Of a stretch of 64,000 nucleotides of DNA, positions 30,552-39,609 are shown one piece after another (the stretch's first letter is position 1; each line of letters begins with the position of its first letter). Both the position numbers and the translations under genes were made by a program. Source of the stretch: an uncultured Alphaproteobacteria bacterium (GTDB lineage Bacteria > Pseudomonadota > Alphaproteobacteria > Rhizobiales > Beijerinckiaceae); assembly GCA_963696665.1 (NCBI GenBank), contig CAVOLE010000038.1, positions 3,940 to 67,939 of the forward strand, in the 5' to 3' direction. The notes beneath the pieces are model-generated. The model did no database searches. It was not told the DNA's origin and saw nothing but the letters and a program-made list of their open reading frames with translations.

Positions 30552-30579
30552 TTGATTTTTCGACGGATTTGTGCTAAAC
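30552..30579 (+). promoter_or_regulatory. Candidate sigma70 promoter upstream of carD
   Basis: TTGATT-N16-CTAAAC, matching the alphaproteobacterial TTG..GCTANAC pattern. Confidence 0.45.
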
Positions 30580-30756
30580 GGGCAATTAACCGTCGAGCGG
30601 AAGTCGCTAGGCGTCCCTGGCGAAGACGCAAGTGGTTTTTCTCGACGAAAAGTCAACTCGCCGTTCTAAAAGCAATATTCGTGCACGGATTGAGAGCAGT
30701 GTTCGTGCATGGATTTATAGCGCGTGCGGGAGAGTTTGCGCGTGGAGAGGTTAACT

Positions 30757-31936
30757 ATGGTGGCGCGTAATAAATCTAAGAAGACAACAAGTTCAAAGAC
30801 AAAGAAAACAGGCGCCGCTTCCAGAGCGAAACCGAGGGCAAAGCGCACGACTAAGGCCGCTTCTCCATCTAGCGTCCGAAGCCGCGTGAGCAAGAGCAAA
30901 CCGGCGTCGAAGACGCGAGTCGCGCGCAAAACGAGTAAAATTGCTCAAGCCAAGACGAAAAACGCTGCGGCGAAACTTTCGAAGCGGAGGCGGACAAGCG
31001 CCAGTGTCAGAACGATGACCCATGAAATCGGCCGCAGCGAAGAGGCCCGCCGCTCGAAAAGTGGCCGCCTCGAAGAGCGTGAGCAAGACGTCAAGAGCCG
31101 CGGCCGCCGCCAAGCGGGCGTCCACCGCCCGGGCGCATGTGAAGGAACAGGAAGCGAAGTTGTTGAGAGCAAACCAAATCGCGCAGGAGCCTCGAGGCGT
31201 CACCGGCAAGGAGGCGGCGGCGCTTGGCGCATCAAAGCCAAGTTCCGGTCACAGCCCCCATATCGCTCATCCGGCCGAGGCGGCGTCGCCCGCAAAGCCC
31301 GCCGCGCCGGCGGTCAGGGCGCCAAAGGCGGGAGTGTCGGAAGAGGCGCCCCCGGCGGCGAAGGCTCTCAAGAGCGCGAGCCAGCGTCAAGGCTTCAAGC
31401 TCAACGAGTTCGTCGTCTATCCCGCGCATGGGGTTGGTCAGATCGTCGCGATCGAGGAGCAGGAAGTCGCCGGCTTCAAGCTCGAGCTGTTTGTCATATC
31501 CTTCTCGAAGGACAAGCTCACTTTGCGCGTCCCGACGTCGAAGGTTACAGGCGTTGGAATGCGCAAGATCTCCGATCCCGACACCGCTAAGCGTTCGCTC
31601 GACATCCTGACTGGGCGCGCGCGCGTCAAGCGCACGATGTGGTCCCGACGGGCTCAGGAGTACGAAACCAAAATCAACTCCGGCGATATCAACGCAATCG
31701 CTGAAGTCGTGCGCGATCTTTACCGATCGGAGGCGCAACCCGAGCAGTCGTATTCGGAGCGACAATTGTATGAGGCCGCTCTCGACCGGATGGTTCGCGA
31801 GATCGCCGCGGTCCAGAAGTCGAACGAGATCGACGCTTTGAAGACTGTCGAGGCGCAATTGCAAAAGGCTCAAAGCCGGGCTGCGAAGACCCTCGGCCCA
31901 GCGAGCGCGGCAGGCGAGATCGAACAGGCCGCTTGA
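30757..31936 (+). CDS. carD: CarD/CdnL RNA-polymerase-binding regulator with long Lys/Ala/Ser-rich N-terminal extension; +1 frameshift near 31019-31022 (or restart at ATG 31022)
   Basis: C-terminal domain GFKLNEFVVYPAHGVGQI..LRVP..GRARVKRTMWSRRAQEYETKINSGD..ERQLYEAALDRM. An upstream K-rich frame starts at ATG 30757 after GGAGAGG and needs a +1 shift to join. Confidence 0.85.
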
Positions 31937-32135
31937 GGATTGCGGCCTTCGGGCCGTCCTCTCGCCGCTCGGTTCTTCTGGCGCGCCCGTGGTGATGAGC
32001 GCGCTCCCGCCCCGCCCGGGTATTCGCGGGCGACGAGAACACAGACAGTTTCGCAGGCTTGGGAAGCGACTGCGGAGCGGAAACTCGGCGTAAGGGTCAC
32101 GATTGCTCGCGGTCCATCGATTCCCCGTCTACCCG

Positions 32136-32594
32136 ATGTTGTCGCTTTGGATTTTGGTCCTTACCGCGGCGACCTTGTTTTGGGTGGCGCTCACGGATTT
32201 GAAGGAATTCAAGGTACGCAATGAGTTCGTCGCGATCTTGGCCGGCCTCTATCTTGCCCACGCACTTTGCTCTGGCGCGTGGGTGTCAATGCAGTGGAAT
32301 CTGGCCTTTGCGCTTCTGATGCTGGCGGGCGGAGCTTACGCTTATTCGCTTCGCCAAATTGGCGGCGGGGACTTGAAGCTGCTGGCGGTCGCCTTCCTCT
32401 GGACCGGCCCCTGGTTTGCCGGGCCCTTCGTAATCCTCTTGCTGATCTTTACCGGCGCATATTATGTCGCGGCCAGATTGGGATGGGCGGCGGCGCAGCA
32501 GACCGCAGCGGGCTTGCGGATTCCCTTGGCGCCGTCTCTGGCGGGCGCCCTCATCGGCGCGCTCGCCTTGGGCCTCATAGCCCCGAACAGCTGA
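32136..32594 (+). CDS. cpaA: A24 prepilin peptidase CpaA/TadV
   Basis: Catalytic Asp motifs ALTDLKEFKVRN and IGGGDLKLL; C-terminal IPLAPSL. Confidence 0.9.
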   Translation: MLSLWILVLTAATLFWVALTDLKEFKVRNEFVAILAGLYLAHALCSGAWVSMQWNLAFALLMLAGGAYAYSLRQIGGGDLKLLAVAFLWTGPWFAGPFVILLLIFTGAYYVAARLGWAAAQQTAAGLRIPLAPSLAGALIGALALGLIAPNS

Positions 32595-32622
32595 CGTCGC
32601 GCGACGCCGGCGTTATCGCAAA

Positions 32623-32799
32623 TCAGGGCGACAGCGCCTTATCCAGCGCAAGCCATTGTTTCGAAACCCAAGTGCCGACCAGGCCGATCGTGGCGATGAC
32701 GGCGATCAAGAGTATCCCGAGCAACACTGTATATTCGATGAGGGCAGCGCCGTCTTCGTCCTTCAGGAACTGGCTGAAGACCTTCACAGCTTTGGACAT
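32623..32799 (-). CDS. flp: Flp-family type IVc major pilin
   Basis: FLKDEDG-AALIEYTVLLGILLIAVI cleavage site with E+5 and Y+6; AGGAG RBS. Confidence 0.93.
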   Translation of the reverse strand: MSKAVKVFSQFLKDEDGAALIEYTVLLGILLIAVIATIGLVGTWVSKQWLALDKALSP

Positions 32800-32876
32800 T
32801 CGGGCTCCTGACGGATTTTGCAATCACCGGCGTTGGCGCATTGTTGATCGAAGGCCGGCTACGGCCATCCGGCGCA

Positions 32877-32904
32877 ATTATCCGTTGGGGAACGGCTTGG
32901 TCAA
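32877..32904 (-). promoter_or_regulatory. Near-consensus sigma70 promoter for flp pilin
   Basis: Minus strand TTGACC-N16-GATAAT, ~78 nt upstream of the pilin ATG. Confidence 0.55.
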
Positions 32905-33398
32905 TACCGGGTCATTCCGGCTGGCGGCTAATAAATGCACGTACGCAATTGTGATTTACTGAATTATATTCTCTGATTGATCGAGGCTATCCCTTCGCAC
33001 CGAAGCTATCCAAAGTCTTTGGGAGGCGGTTGTTATTTTCCCTCTTGAAATCCCTCCAACTGTGCGCTCACCTAGGCAAGCTATTCAGCCTCTCGGAACC
33101 AGTTTTGTTTCTGATCTCACATGTATTGATGCGTTTTGCAGTCATAGGTGAATTATCTCGAGAATTAGTCGATTCTAGACGGTAAAATACACGCGCCTAC
33201 AATATTGTGGAGACATCATTGTGATTGCGTCGGAAAGTTCTTCTGCGTTAGTTGATTGTGTTTTGGCGGACGGTTGAAAAATCTGCTCGGTTTCTCGCTA
33301 GACCGGGCTGATCCGTTGACACGCGGAATAGATTAAGCGTAACTAATAAATAACTTCCGACTTAAATCGGTTCCTTTGGGGGAAGGATCAATACAATC

Positions 33399-34328
33399 AT
33401 GCGCGGGAGTACGAATCTCGTAATCCTTGTTTTTGCTGTAATTCTTGGCGGCGTGGCGGCTTTTCTTGCCAGAAGCTGGCTTCAGAGCCATTCAGCGCAC
33501 GCAAGCGCTCAAAAGACTGTTCCGATTCTGGTCGCGAACGACACGCTCGCCTTTGGGTCGCCAATCGGCCCCAAGGACGTGAGGCAAGTCGACTGGCCGG
33601 CGCAATCGAGCCCGGAGGGCGCCTTCCCGAATTTCGCGGCGCTCACGAAGAGCGGCAGGCGGATCACGCTCTCCCCGTTTGTCCGCGACGAGCCGATTAT
33701 CGCCTCGAAGGTGAGCGCGCCGAATCAAAGAGCTTCGCTGTCGACGGTCATCGAGAAGGGCAAGCGGGCCGTGACGGTCGCGGTTGATGACGTGCGCGGC
33801 GTGGCGGGCTTCATCTTTCCTGGCGATTTCGTCGACGTCGCGCTGACCCGAACGGACAGCAGCATGGGTCCGCAGAATTTTTCCGAGGTGATCCTGCAGC
33901 ATGTCAAGGTGCTGGCGATCGATCAGATGGCGGGTCAACGCCAGGAGCATCCGACCGTCGCCAAGGCCGTCACGGTCGAGGTGGACCCCGAGCAGGCGCT
34001 GAGGATCTTGCTTGCCGCCAATGTCGGGAAGCTGTCGCTGATCTTGCGCCAGCCTGCGGAAGTCGCGTTGGCTCCCGATGCGAAGGTCACCGATCGGGAT
34101 CTGTTCGGCGCCGACGAGGCGCAAGCGCAGGCGGCTCTCCCCAACGTGCAACCCGCCGCTTTTCAGCCCGACCCGCCGCCGGCGCCGGCCCTGCCGCCAG
34201 GGGGAGCGACCCTGCCGCCAGCGGCCGCCCCGCCGCCCATGCCTCCGCCCGACACGCCCACTCGGAAGATCACCGTCTATCGGTCGGTCAAGAGCGAACA
34301 GTACGACGTCCCTGAAGAGGTCCAATGA
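33399..34328 (+). CDS. cpaB: Flp pilus assembly protein CpaB/RcpC
   Basis: SAF-like region, GKRAVTVAVDDVRGVAGFIFPGDFVDV, ILQHVKVLAIDQ, AVTVEVDPEQA. Confidence 0.95.
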   Translation: MRGSTNLVILVFAVILGGVAAFLARSWLQSHSAHASAQKTVPILVANDTLAFGSPIGPKDVRQVDWPAQSSPEGAFPNFAALTKSGRRITLSPFVRDEPIIASKVSAPNQRASLSTVIEKGKRAVTVAVDDVRGVAGFIFPGDFVDVALTRTDSSMGPQNFSEVILQHVKVLAIDQMAGQRQEHPTVAKAVTVEVDPEQALRILLAANVGKLSLILRQPAEVALAPDAKVTDRDLFGADEAQAQAALPNVQPAAFQPDPPPAPALPPGGATLPPAAAPPPMPPPDTPTRKITVYRSVKSEQYDVPEEVQ

Positions 34329-35884
34329 CGGAAGGCCGTGCATTGAAAGAGCGAACGCAATCCTTCCAGCCCCGGCTGTGGCTTGGAAAAGGACGGGCGG
34401 CTTTGACGCGCCGCAAGGTTCGGGCCGCGATGCTCGCGGCCGCCGGCTTGAGTGCGGTTGGTCTCGGCCTCGTTCAGGCCGCGACGCCTGCTCAGGCGCA
34501 AAAGGGCAGCCCCTGTCATTCGGTCAGAGAGCAAGTAAGCTCGCTAAGGGTGACGCTCAACAAATCGCGCACGCTTTGCTTTTCCGACCCGTTCTCGACC
34601 GCGGTCATCGGCGCGCCCGAAATCGCCGACGTTTTGCCGATGACCGACTCGATGCTCTATGTCCAGGGCAAGAAAGTCGGCGCGACCAACATTTCCGTGT
34701 TCGATCAGCAACGGCGCCTGGTGTCGGTGATCGACCTCGATGTGACGCCCGACACGACATCGTTGCAAAGCAAGATCGCCGCCAGCACCGGGGGCAGGGA
34801 CATCAATGTCACCAGCGCGAATGGCGAGATCATTCTGAGCGGCGAGGCGAGCGACGGCTTGGCGGCTGCCCGCGCCGTCGAAGTCGCCAAGGGCCTCTCG
34901 CCGGACGCGCAGGTCGTCGACGCGATGAAGGTTTCCCCCTCGCAGCAAGTCATGCTGAAGGTGCACATTCTCGAAGTCGACCGCAACGCCGGACGGGACC
35001 TTGGCATCAGCTGGTTCGGCAAGGCGAACAGCGTGAGCTTCGCCACGGGTCTCGGCTCACAGCCGACGACCGCCGCAAACAACAGCGGGGTGTTTCCTGG
35101 GTCAGGCTCCACGGCGTCTTCGTTCGGCGTGCTGCTCGCCAATGTCGTCAACACGCACGGCGTCAGCATCGACGCGCTTCTGTCCGCGCTCGAGAGCAAG
35201 GGCCTCGTCAAGAGCCTGGCGGAGCCGGATCTCGTTGCGCTTTCGGGAGAAAAGGCGACGTTTCTTGCGGGGGGCGAAATTCCTGTGCCGGTGGTGCAAG
35301 GCACGAACGCGACGAACACCACGCTTGGAATCGGCGTCAACTACACGCCGAATATTTCCATCGAATGGAAGCAGTTCGGCGTCGGCCTGGAATTCACCCC
35401 TACGGTCCTCAACAACGGCATTATCAATCTGCAGCTCAATCCGTCCGTGACCGAGATCAACTCGGCCAACAGCCTCAACATCAACGGGACGACGGTTCCC
35501 TCATTGACCGAGCGCAAGGCGCATACGGCGGTCGAATTGCGGGACGGGCAAAGCTTCGCGATCGCAGGCTTGTTGCAGGCGCAAGACTCGCAAAGCATCA
35601 ACCAGCTTCCATGGATCGGCAACGTGCCCATCATCGGCGCGCTCTTTCGATCCACCGACTTCCAGAAGAGCCAGACGGATCTCGTCATCATCGTCTCTCC
35701 CCATCTCGTCAGGCCGGTGCGTCCGGGGCAGCATCTGGCCACTCCGTTCGACACGTCGCTCCAGGCGAACGACGTCGACATGTTCCTGATGGGCGACACT
35801 GAGCGCAAGAAGCGGTACACCGACTACGTGACGAGCGGTGGGGGCCTGCAAGGGCCTTACGGTCATATTCTCGGCGGCCAGTGA
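34325..35884 (+). CDS. cpaC: Tad secretin CpaC/RcpA
   Basis: IGAPEIADV, BON-like domain, QQVMLKVHILEVDR, LAEPDLVALSGEKATFLAGGEIPVP, LPWIGNVPIIGALFRS. Confidence 0.95.
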   Translation: MTEGRALKERTQSFQPRLWLGKGRAALTRRKVRAAMLAAAGLSAVGLGLVQAATPAQAQKGSPCHSVREQVSSLRVTLNKSRTLCFSDPFSTAVIGAPEIADVLPMTDSMLYVQGKKVGATNISVFDQQRRLVSVIDLDVTPDTTSLQSKIAASTGGRDINVTSANGEIILSGEASDGLAAARAVEVAKGLSPDAQVVDAMKVSPSQQVMLKVHILEVDRNAGRDLGISWFGKANSVSFATGLGSQPTTAANNSGVFPGSGSTASSFGVLLANVVNTHGVSIDALLSALESKGLVKSLAEPDLVALSGEKATFLAGGEIPVPVVQGTNATNTTLGIGVNYTPNISIEWKQFGVGLEFTPTVLNNGIINLQLNPSVTEINSANSLNINGTTVPSLTERKAHTAVELRDGQSFAIAGLLQAQDSQSINQLPWIGNVPIIGALFRSTDFQKSQTDLVIIVSPHLVRPVRPGQHLATPFDTSLQANDVDMFLMGDTERKKRYTDYVTSGGGLQGPYGHILGGQ

Positions 35885-36312
35885 ATTCGATGCCGCATCG
35901 GTCGAAAGCTGAAGCCGCCGCGTCGAGAAGCGCGATCTTGATCTTATCCCTTGCGGCGTCCCTGGCGGTCGCCGGCTGCTCTTCCACGATTGGCTTCGAC
36001 GACCCGTTCGCCGACTACCTTCAGCGGACCGCTCTGGTCTCGACGACGGGCGGCGATGCTCCGGCCGCGAACACCGTTATGCAAACAGCCACGCCGTGGC
36101 CACGCAACGCCAACGACACGAACATTCCAGCGAATGGCGCGCGGCTTGTGAAAGTGATCAACCGCTATGAAAGCGGCTCCTCGGGCGCAAGCGCGAGCGA
36201 GGGCGGCGCACAGACTTCGACCAGCCCAGGCGGCAACCCCGGCGGCGCAACCAATGGCGGCGCCTCCACCGGAATGACGGCTACTCCTTCCCCTCAACCC
36301 TCAGGCTATTAG
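35881..36312 (+). CDS. Small Tad-associated lipoprotein (pilotin-like or CpaD/CpaO-position protein)
   Basis: Lipobox VAGC, conserved-looking GGDAPAANTVMQTATPWP, Gly/Ser/Thr tail; overlaps the cpaC stop. Confidence 0.65.
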   Translation: MNSMPHRSKAEAAASRSAILILSLAASLAVAGCSSTIGFDDPFADYLQRTALVSTTGGDAPAANTVMQTATPWPRNANDTNIPANGARLVKVINRYESGSSGASASEGGAQTSTSPGGNPGGATNGGASTGMTATPSPQPSGY

Positions 36313-36332
36313 AAACGCGAAGGCGCCTTTCG

Positions 36333-36860
36333 ATGCCGGAATCCATGCGAGCAGGAACATTATCGTTGTGGCGCGACGAGGATGGGTCCGCCCTCGTCGA
36401 GGCGACAATTGTCATGCCTCTTTTGATCAGCCTGTTTCTCGGCGTGTTCGAGTTCTCCTGGTATCTCTACAATCAGCAGCTCGTGGTGTCGGGCTTGCGC
36501 GACGCCGCGCGCTACATGACCCGAGTCGAACTCACCGACGGCAATCGCGACCCCTGCGCGCAAAAGGATCAAAACGGCGTTCTGTACACGGACGACGCGG
36601 CGAACATTGCAACCACCGCTGAGCCGCTTACCGGCGGCTCGCCGCGCATCACCGGCTGGAGCCCGGCCGACGTCACAATCAGCTGTGTTCCGAGCGTGGC
36701 TCTCGAGAATGGAGACTACGCCGACGGTTCGGCAGCCATGACGATCATCGAGGTCGCGACCCGTTTCGCCGATCCTTCGCTCGGGCTGTTCTCATCTCTG
36801 GGACTGAAGGCGCCGATGTTGTCCTTCTCCCATCAGGAGCGGTTCATAGGACCGGGCTGA
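36333..36860 (+). CDS. tadE: TadE/TadG-family minor pilin
   Basis: RDEDG-SALVEATIVMP..GLRDAARY. Confidence 0.9.
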   Translation: MPESMRAGTLSLWRDEDGSALVEATIVMPLLISLFLGVFEFSWYLYNQQLVVSGLRDAARYMTRVELTDGNRDPCAQKDQNGVLYTDDAANIATTAEPLTGGSPRITGWSPADVTISCVPSVALENGDYADGSAAMTIIEVATRFADPSLGLFSSLGLKAPMLSFSHQERFIGPG

Positions 36861-36865
36861 CGAGC

Positions 36866-37531
36866 ATGTTCTCGTTCTTCGCTGAGCTTGCTCGAGATGA
36901 GGACGGCGGCCCCCTGGTCGAGGTCGCGATCATCTTGCCGATTCTGATCCTGTTTCTTTTCGGCGGGATCGACTTCATGAATGCGCTTTACCAGTGGAAC
37001 GCCGCGGCCAAGGCGGTTGAGATCGGCGCGCGCATCGCGGCGGTGTCCGATCCCATCGCCTCCGGTCTGACCTCGATTGCCGACGATGTGGTGAGTTCGG
37101 GCGTGGCGTCGGGAAGTCCGATGCCAGACTTCACCATCGAGTGCGACGGCGGCGCGGCCGCTTGTAGCTGCGCGAGCGGCGCATGCGACGGAATGGGTTC
37201 CTATTCGCCGGACGCGATGGGGCTCATCGTTTATGGGCGTGCTGGAAATGGCGGTTGCACGCCGCCGGCCTCTCAATATTTCGCCGGCATGTGCAACCTT
37301 CATCCTGCGATAGCGCCCCAATATGTGACGGTCATCTATAAGCAGACGGGCTTGGGCTACGCCGGACGGAGTTTAGGACCTGTTCCGACAATCACGGTTT
37401 CGCTCAACGCTCCTTCCTCCAAGACCAAGCTGCCGTTCAAGTTTTTCTTCCTGCCGTTCGGCGCAATCAACATGCCGCAGGTGACAACGACGATAACAGG
37501 GGAAGCCCTGTCGGCTTCGGCCGCCGACTAG
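36866..37531 (+). CDS. tadE: TadE-family minor pilin (Cys-rich C-terminus)
   Basis: RDEDG-GPLVEVAIILP..AAKAVEIGARIAAV. Confidence 0.88.
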   Translation: MFSFFAELARDEDGGPLVEVAIILPILILFLFGGIDFMNALYQWNAAAKAVEIGARIAAVSDPIASGLTSIADDVVSSGVASGSPMPDFTIECDGGAAACSCASGACDGMGSYSPDAMGLIVYGRAGNGGCTPPASQYFAGMCNLHPAIAPQYVTVIYKQTGLGYAGRSLGPVPTITVSLNAPSSKTKLPFKFFFLPFGAINMPQVTTTITGEALSASAAD

Positions 37532-37553
37532 AGCCCGCTGCGTTCACATGGAA

Positions 37554-37645
37554 CCGTCATTGCGAGCGAAGCGAAGCAATCCAGGGATCGTAGGACGCCC
37601 TACGACCCTTGGATTGCTTCGTCGCTGCGCTCCCCGCAATGACGG
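37554..37645. repeat. Family-B CGTCATTGCGAG-type palindromic repeat inside the tad operon
   Basis: CCGTCATTGCGAG-CGAAGCGAAGCAATCCA...TGGATTGCTTCG-TCGCTGCGCT-CCCCGCAATGACGG; long terminal inverted repeat; second copy at 5327. Confidence 0.85.
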
Positions 37646-37682
37646 AACGCAGCACGCGCCAGCAATACGCAAACTGTATCGA

Positions 37683-39527
37683 ATGGGGTCCAGTATCCGG
37701 GATCATTTCTCCCGCCGCGCTCTTGCGTTGTGGCGCGACACAGATGGATTGATGGTTCCCTATGTGGCGGTGATGCTGCCGGTTCTGGTCGGTTTCGCCC
37801 TCCTTGCCCTGGACGCCTCCCGGCGCATGAGCTTGCAGACGCAGATGCAGGCGGCCGCCGACAGCCTCGCGCTTGCCGGAGCTCGCGAGCTCAACAAACA
37901 ACCGGGCGCCGAAGCGCGCGCGATCTCCGCGATGGCGAACGCGCACGCCGCGACGGAATCGTCCAACACGCTCTTCGGCGTCGGATCGTCGCCGACGTTG
38001 GACTACACATTCGTTTTCTATTCGAGCCTTCTGGCAGCGAGCGACGGCATCGGCGGCGCTCTGGCGAGCGGGGATTCGGACGCGAAATATGTCGCCGTGA
38101 AGATCACGCCCCAGACGTGGTCGACCGTCCTTCCGGCGACGTTCTTGGCCAACATTTCAAAGAGCGCATTCGCCGTCGGCGCCGACGCGGTCGCCGGTTT
38201 CGCCGGCACGAGCGTTTGCTCGGTCGCGCCGATCTTCGTGTGCAACCCCTATGAAGAGAGCGCGGGATCGATGACCGACGCGCAAGCGACGGCTGCGCTC
38301 TATTCCGCCTTCGACAACCCGGCGATGCTGAGGCGTCAACTCAAGCTCAACAGAAACGGCGTCGGCCCCGGCCACTTCGGGTGGCTCAAGACGGCCGACG
38401 GCTGCAATAATGCGACGTGCATGGCGAAGAATGTCGCGGGCGCCGCCGGCGCTTGTTACAGCGACGCGGGCGTGAGCCTCGCCATCGGCAATAACAGCGC
38501 CGTCGAGCCCTATTTCGACACGCGATTTGATATCTACAATCAGAACCCGCCGCTCGCCTCGCCCAGCGCCGACCCGCCGGCGGTCAATGTCCGAAAGGGC
38601 TATCTTCCGGGACGCCAGTCGAACGCCGTCGACTGGTGCAGCGCCACGCCGGCCAGCGGATCGAACCTCTACTACACCTACCCCTCGAATTGGACCGTGG
38701 GCGCAGCGACCCAGAATTCGCCGATTCTGACGAATGTCGCCAACCCGATCGGGATAACAGCTGGTGAACCCGTGGTGGACTCAGGCGGCGCCTTCGTGAG
38801 CACGACGGCCAACCCCGTCACCGTCTCCAATTCCGCCGGCGCGGCGGTCACGGTCTCGACCCCGGCCACGACGTCGCAGGCCTCGGACGCCCTTACAATC
38901 GAATGGACGACCAGCGGGTTGCCAGAGGACATCGCCTTCCCCAGCCTCGGCGGCGCCGAGGGCAACGGCCAATGGGACTGCGCCAATTATTGGGCCATCA
39001 ATCATCCCCATGGGCCCTCGGCTGCAACTGTCGGAACGGCGCTCGGCGGCGTGTGCGGAACGCCGCCCCAAACCACGGTGAGCCGCTACCAGGTTTACCG
39101 GTATGAGATCGCCCAGGGAACGCGGGCCGGGGGGATCAACGACTGGTCGGGAAGAAATGGCTGGACGAGCAACGGCCAACCGGACCCCCAAGGCTCGAGG
39201 AGCCCGCCAGGGGCTCTCCAGACCGAGAGCGGCGCGCCCTTCTGCGCCAACGCTCGGGGGGCGAGGGGCGTCGACACCACGACCGGCGGAATCGATCGGC
39301 GCAATTTGATCGTGCCGATCATCAATTGCCTCGCTCAAACGGCTCTCGGCGCCATGACTGACGCCGGCGCATCCGCCGAGACGCCGGTGGCGGCTTTCGG
39401 CAAGTTCTTCATGACCCAGCCGTACACCGCGCTCAAGGACGGCAATCTCTATGGCGAAATCACCGGCGCCCCGGTCCGACCGACAACGTCAAGATTTTCC
39501 ATCTTGTGCAGCTATACCGTTAGATGA
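37683..39527 (+). CDS. tadG: Large TadG-like minor pilin / putative tip protein; 3' frameshift near 39470
   Basis: RDTDG-LMVPYVAVMLP..MQAAADSLALAGAREL (Tad N-terminal domain). A -1 frame gives the family-typical ending ..DNVKIFHLVQLYR* at 39523. Confidence 0.8.
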   Translation: MGSSIRDHFSRRALALWRDTDGLMVPYVAVMLPVLVGFALLALDASRRMSLQTQMQAAADSLALAGARELNKQPGAEARAISAMANAHAATESSNTLFGVGSSPTLDYTFVFYSSLLAASDGIGGALASGDSDAKYVAVKITPQTWSTVLPATFLANISKSAFAVGADAVAGFAGTSVCSVAPIFVCNPYEESAGSMTDAQATAALYSAFDNPAMLRRQLKLNRNGVGPGHFGWLKTADGCNNATCMAKNVAGAAGACYSDAGVSLAIGNNSAVEPYFDTRFDIYNQNPPLASPSADPPAVNVRKGYLPGRQSNAVDWCSATPASGSNLYYTYPSNWTVGAATQNSPILTNVANPIGITAGEPVVDSGGAFVSTTANPVTVSNSAGAAVTVSTPATTSQASDALTIEWTTSGLPEDIAFPSLGGAEGNGQWDCANYWAINHPHGPSAATVGTALGGVCGTPPQTTVSRYQVYRYEIAQGTRAGGINDWSGRNGWTSNGQPDPQGSRSPPGALQTESGAPFCANARGARGVDTTTGGIDRRNLIVPIINCLAQTALGAMTDAGASAETPVAAFGKFFMTQPYTALKDGNLYGEITGAPVRPTTSRFSILCSYTVR

Positions 39528-39609
39528 AATCGATTACGAAAAGCGGAGGCATGCCGAGACGATCCCCAGGGCTCCTGGAGCGCCGCGCCGGCTTTGCGAT
39601 GGCGGGCCG

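Noticed and set aside
33262-33278. Sigma54 -24/-12 promoter (TGGC..TTG) before cpaB
   Set aside because: It lacks the invariant GC at -12 (reads GG-N10-AA).
33333-33365. CtrA boxes upstream of cpaB
   Set aside because: The TTAA half-sites pair only with TAAT or TAAC at N7 spacing (two mismatches) in an AT-rich background.
37548-37682. N-terminal extension of TadG predicted by the ORF track
   Set aside because: It is a translation of the family-B repeat. The pilin-type leader begins at ATG 37683, although read-through cannot be excluded.
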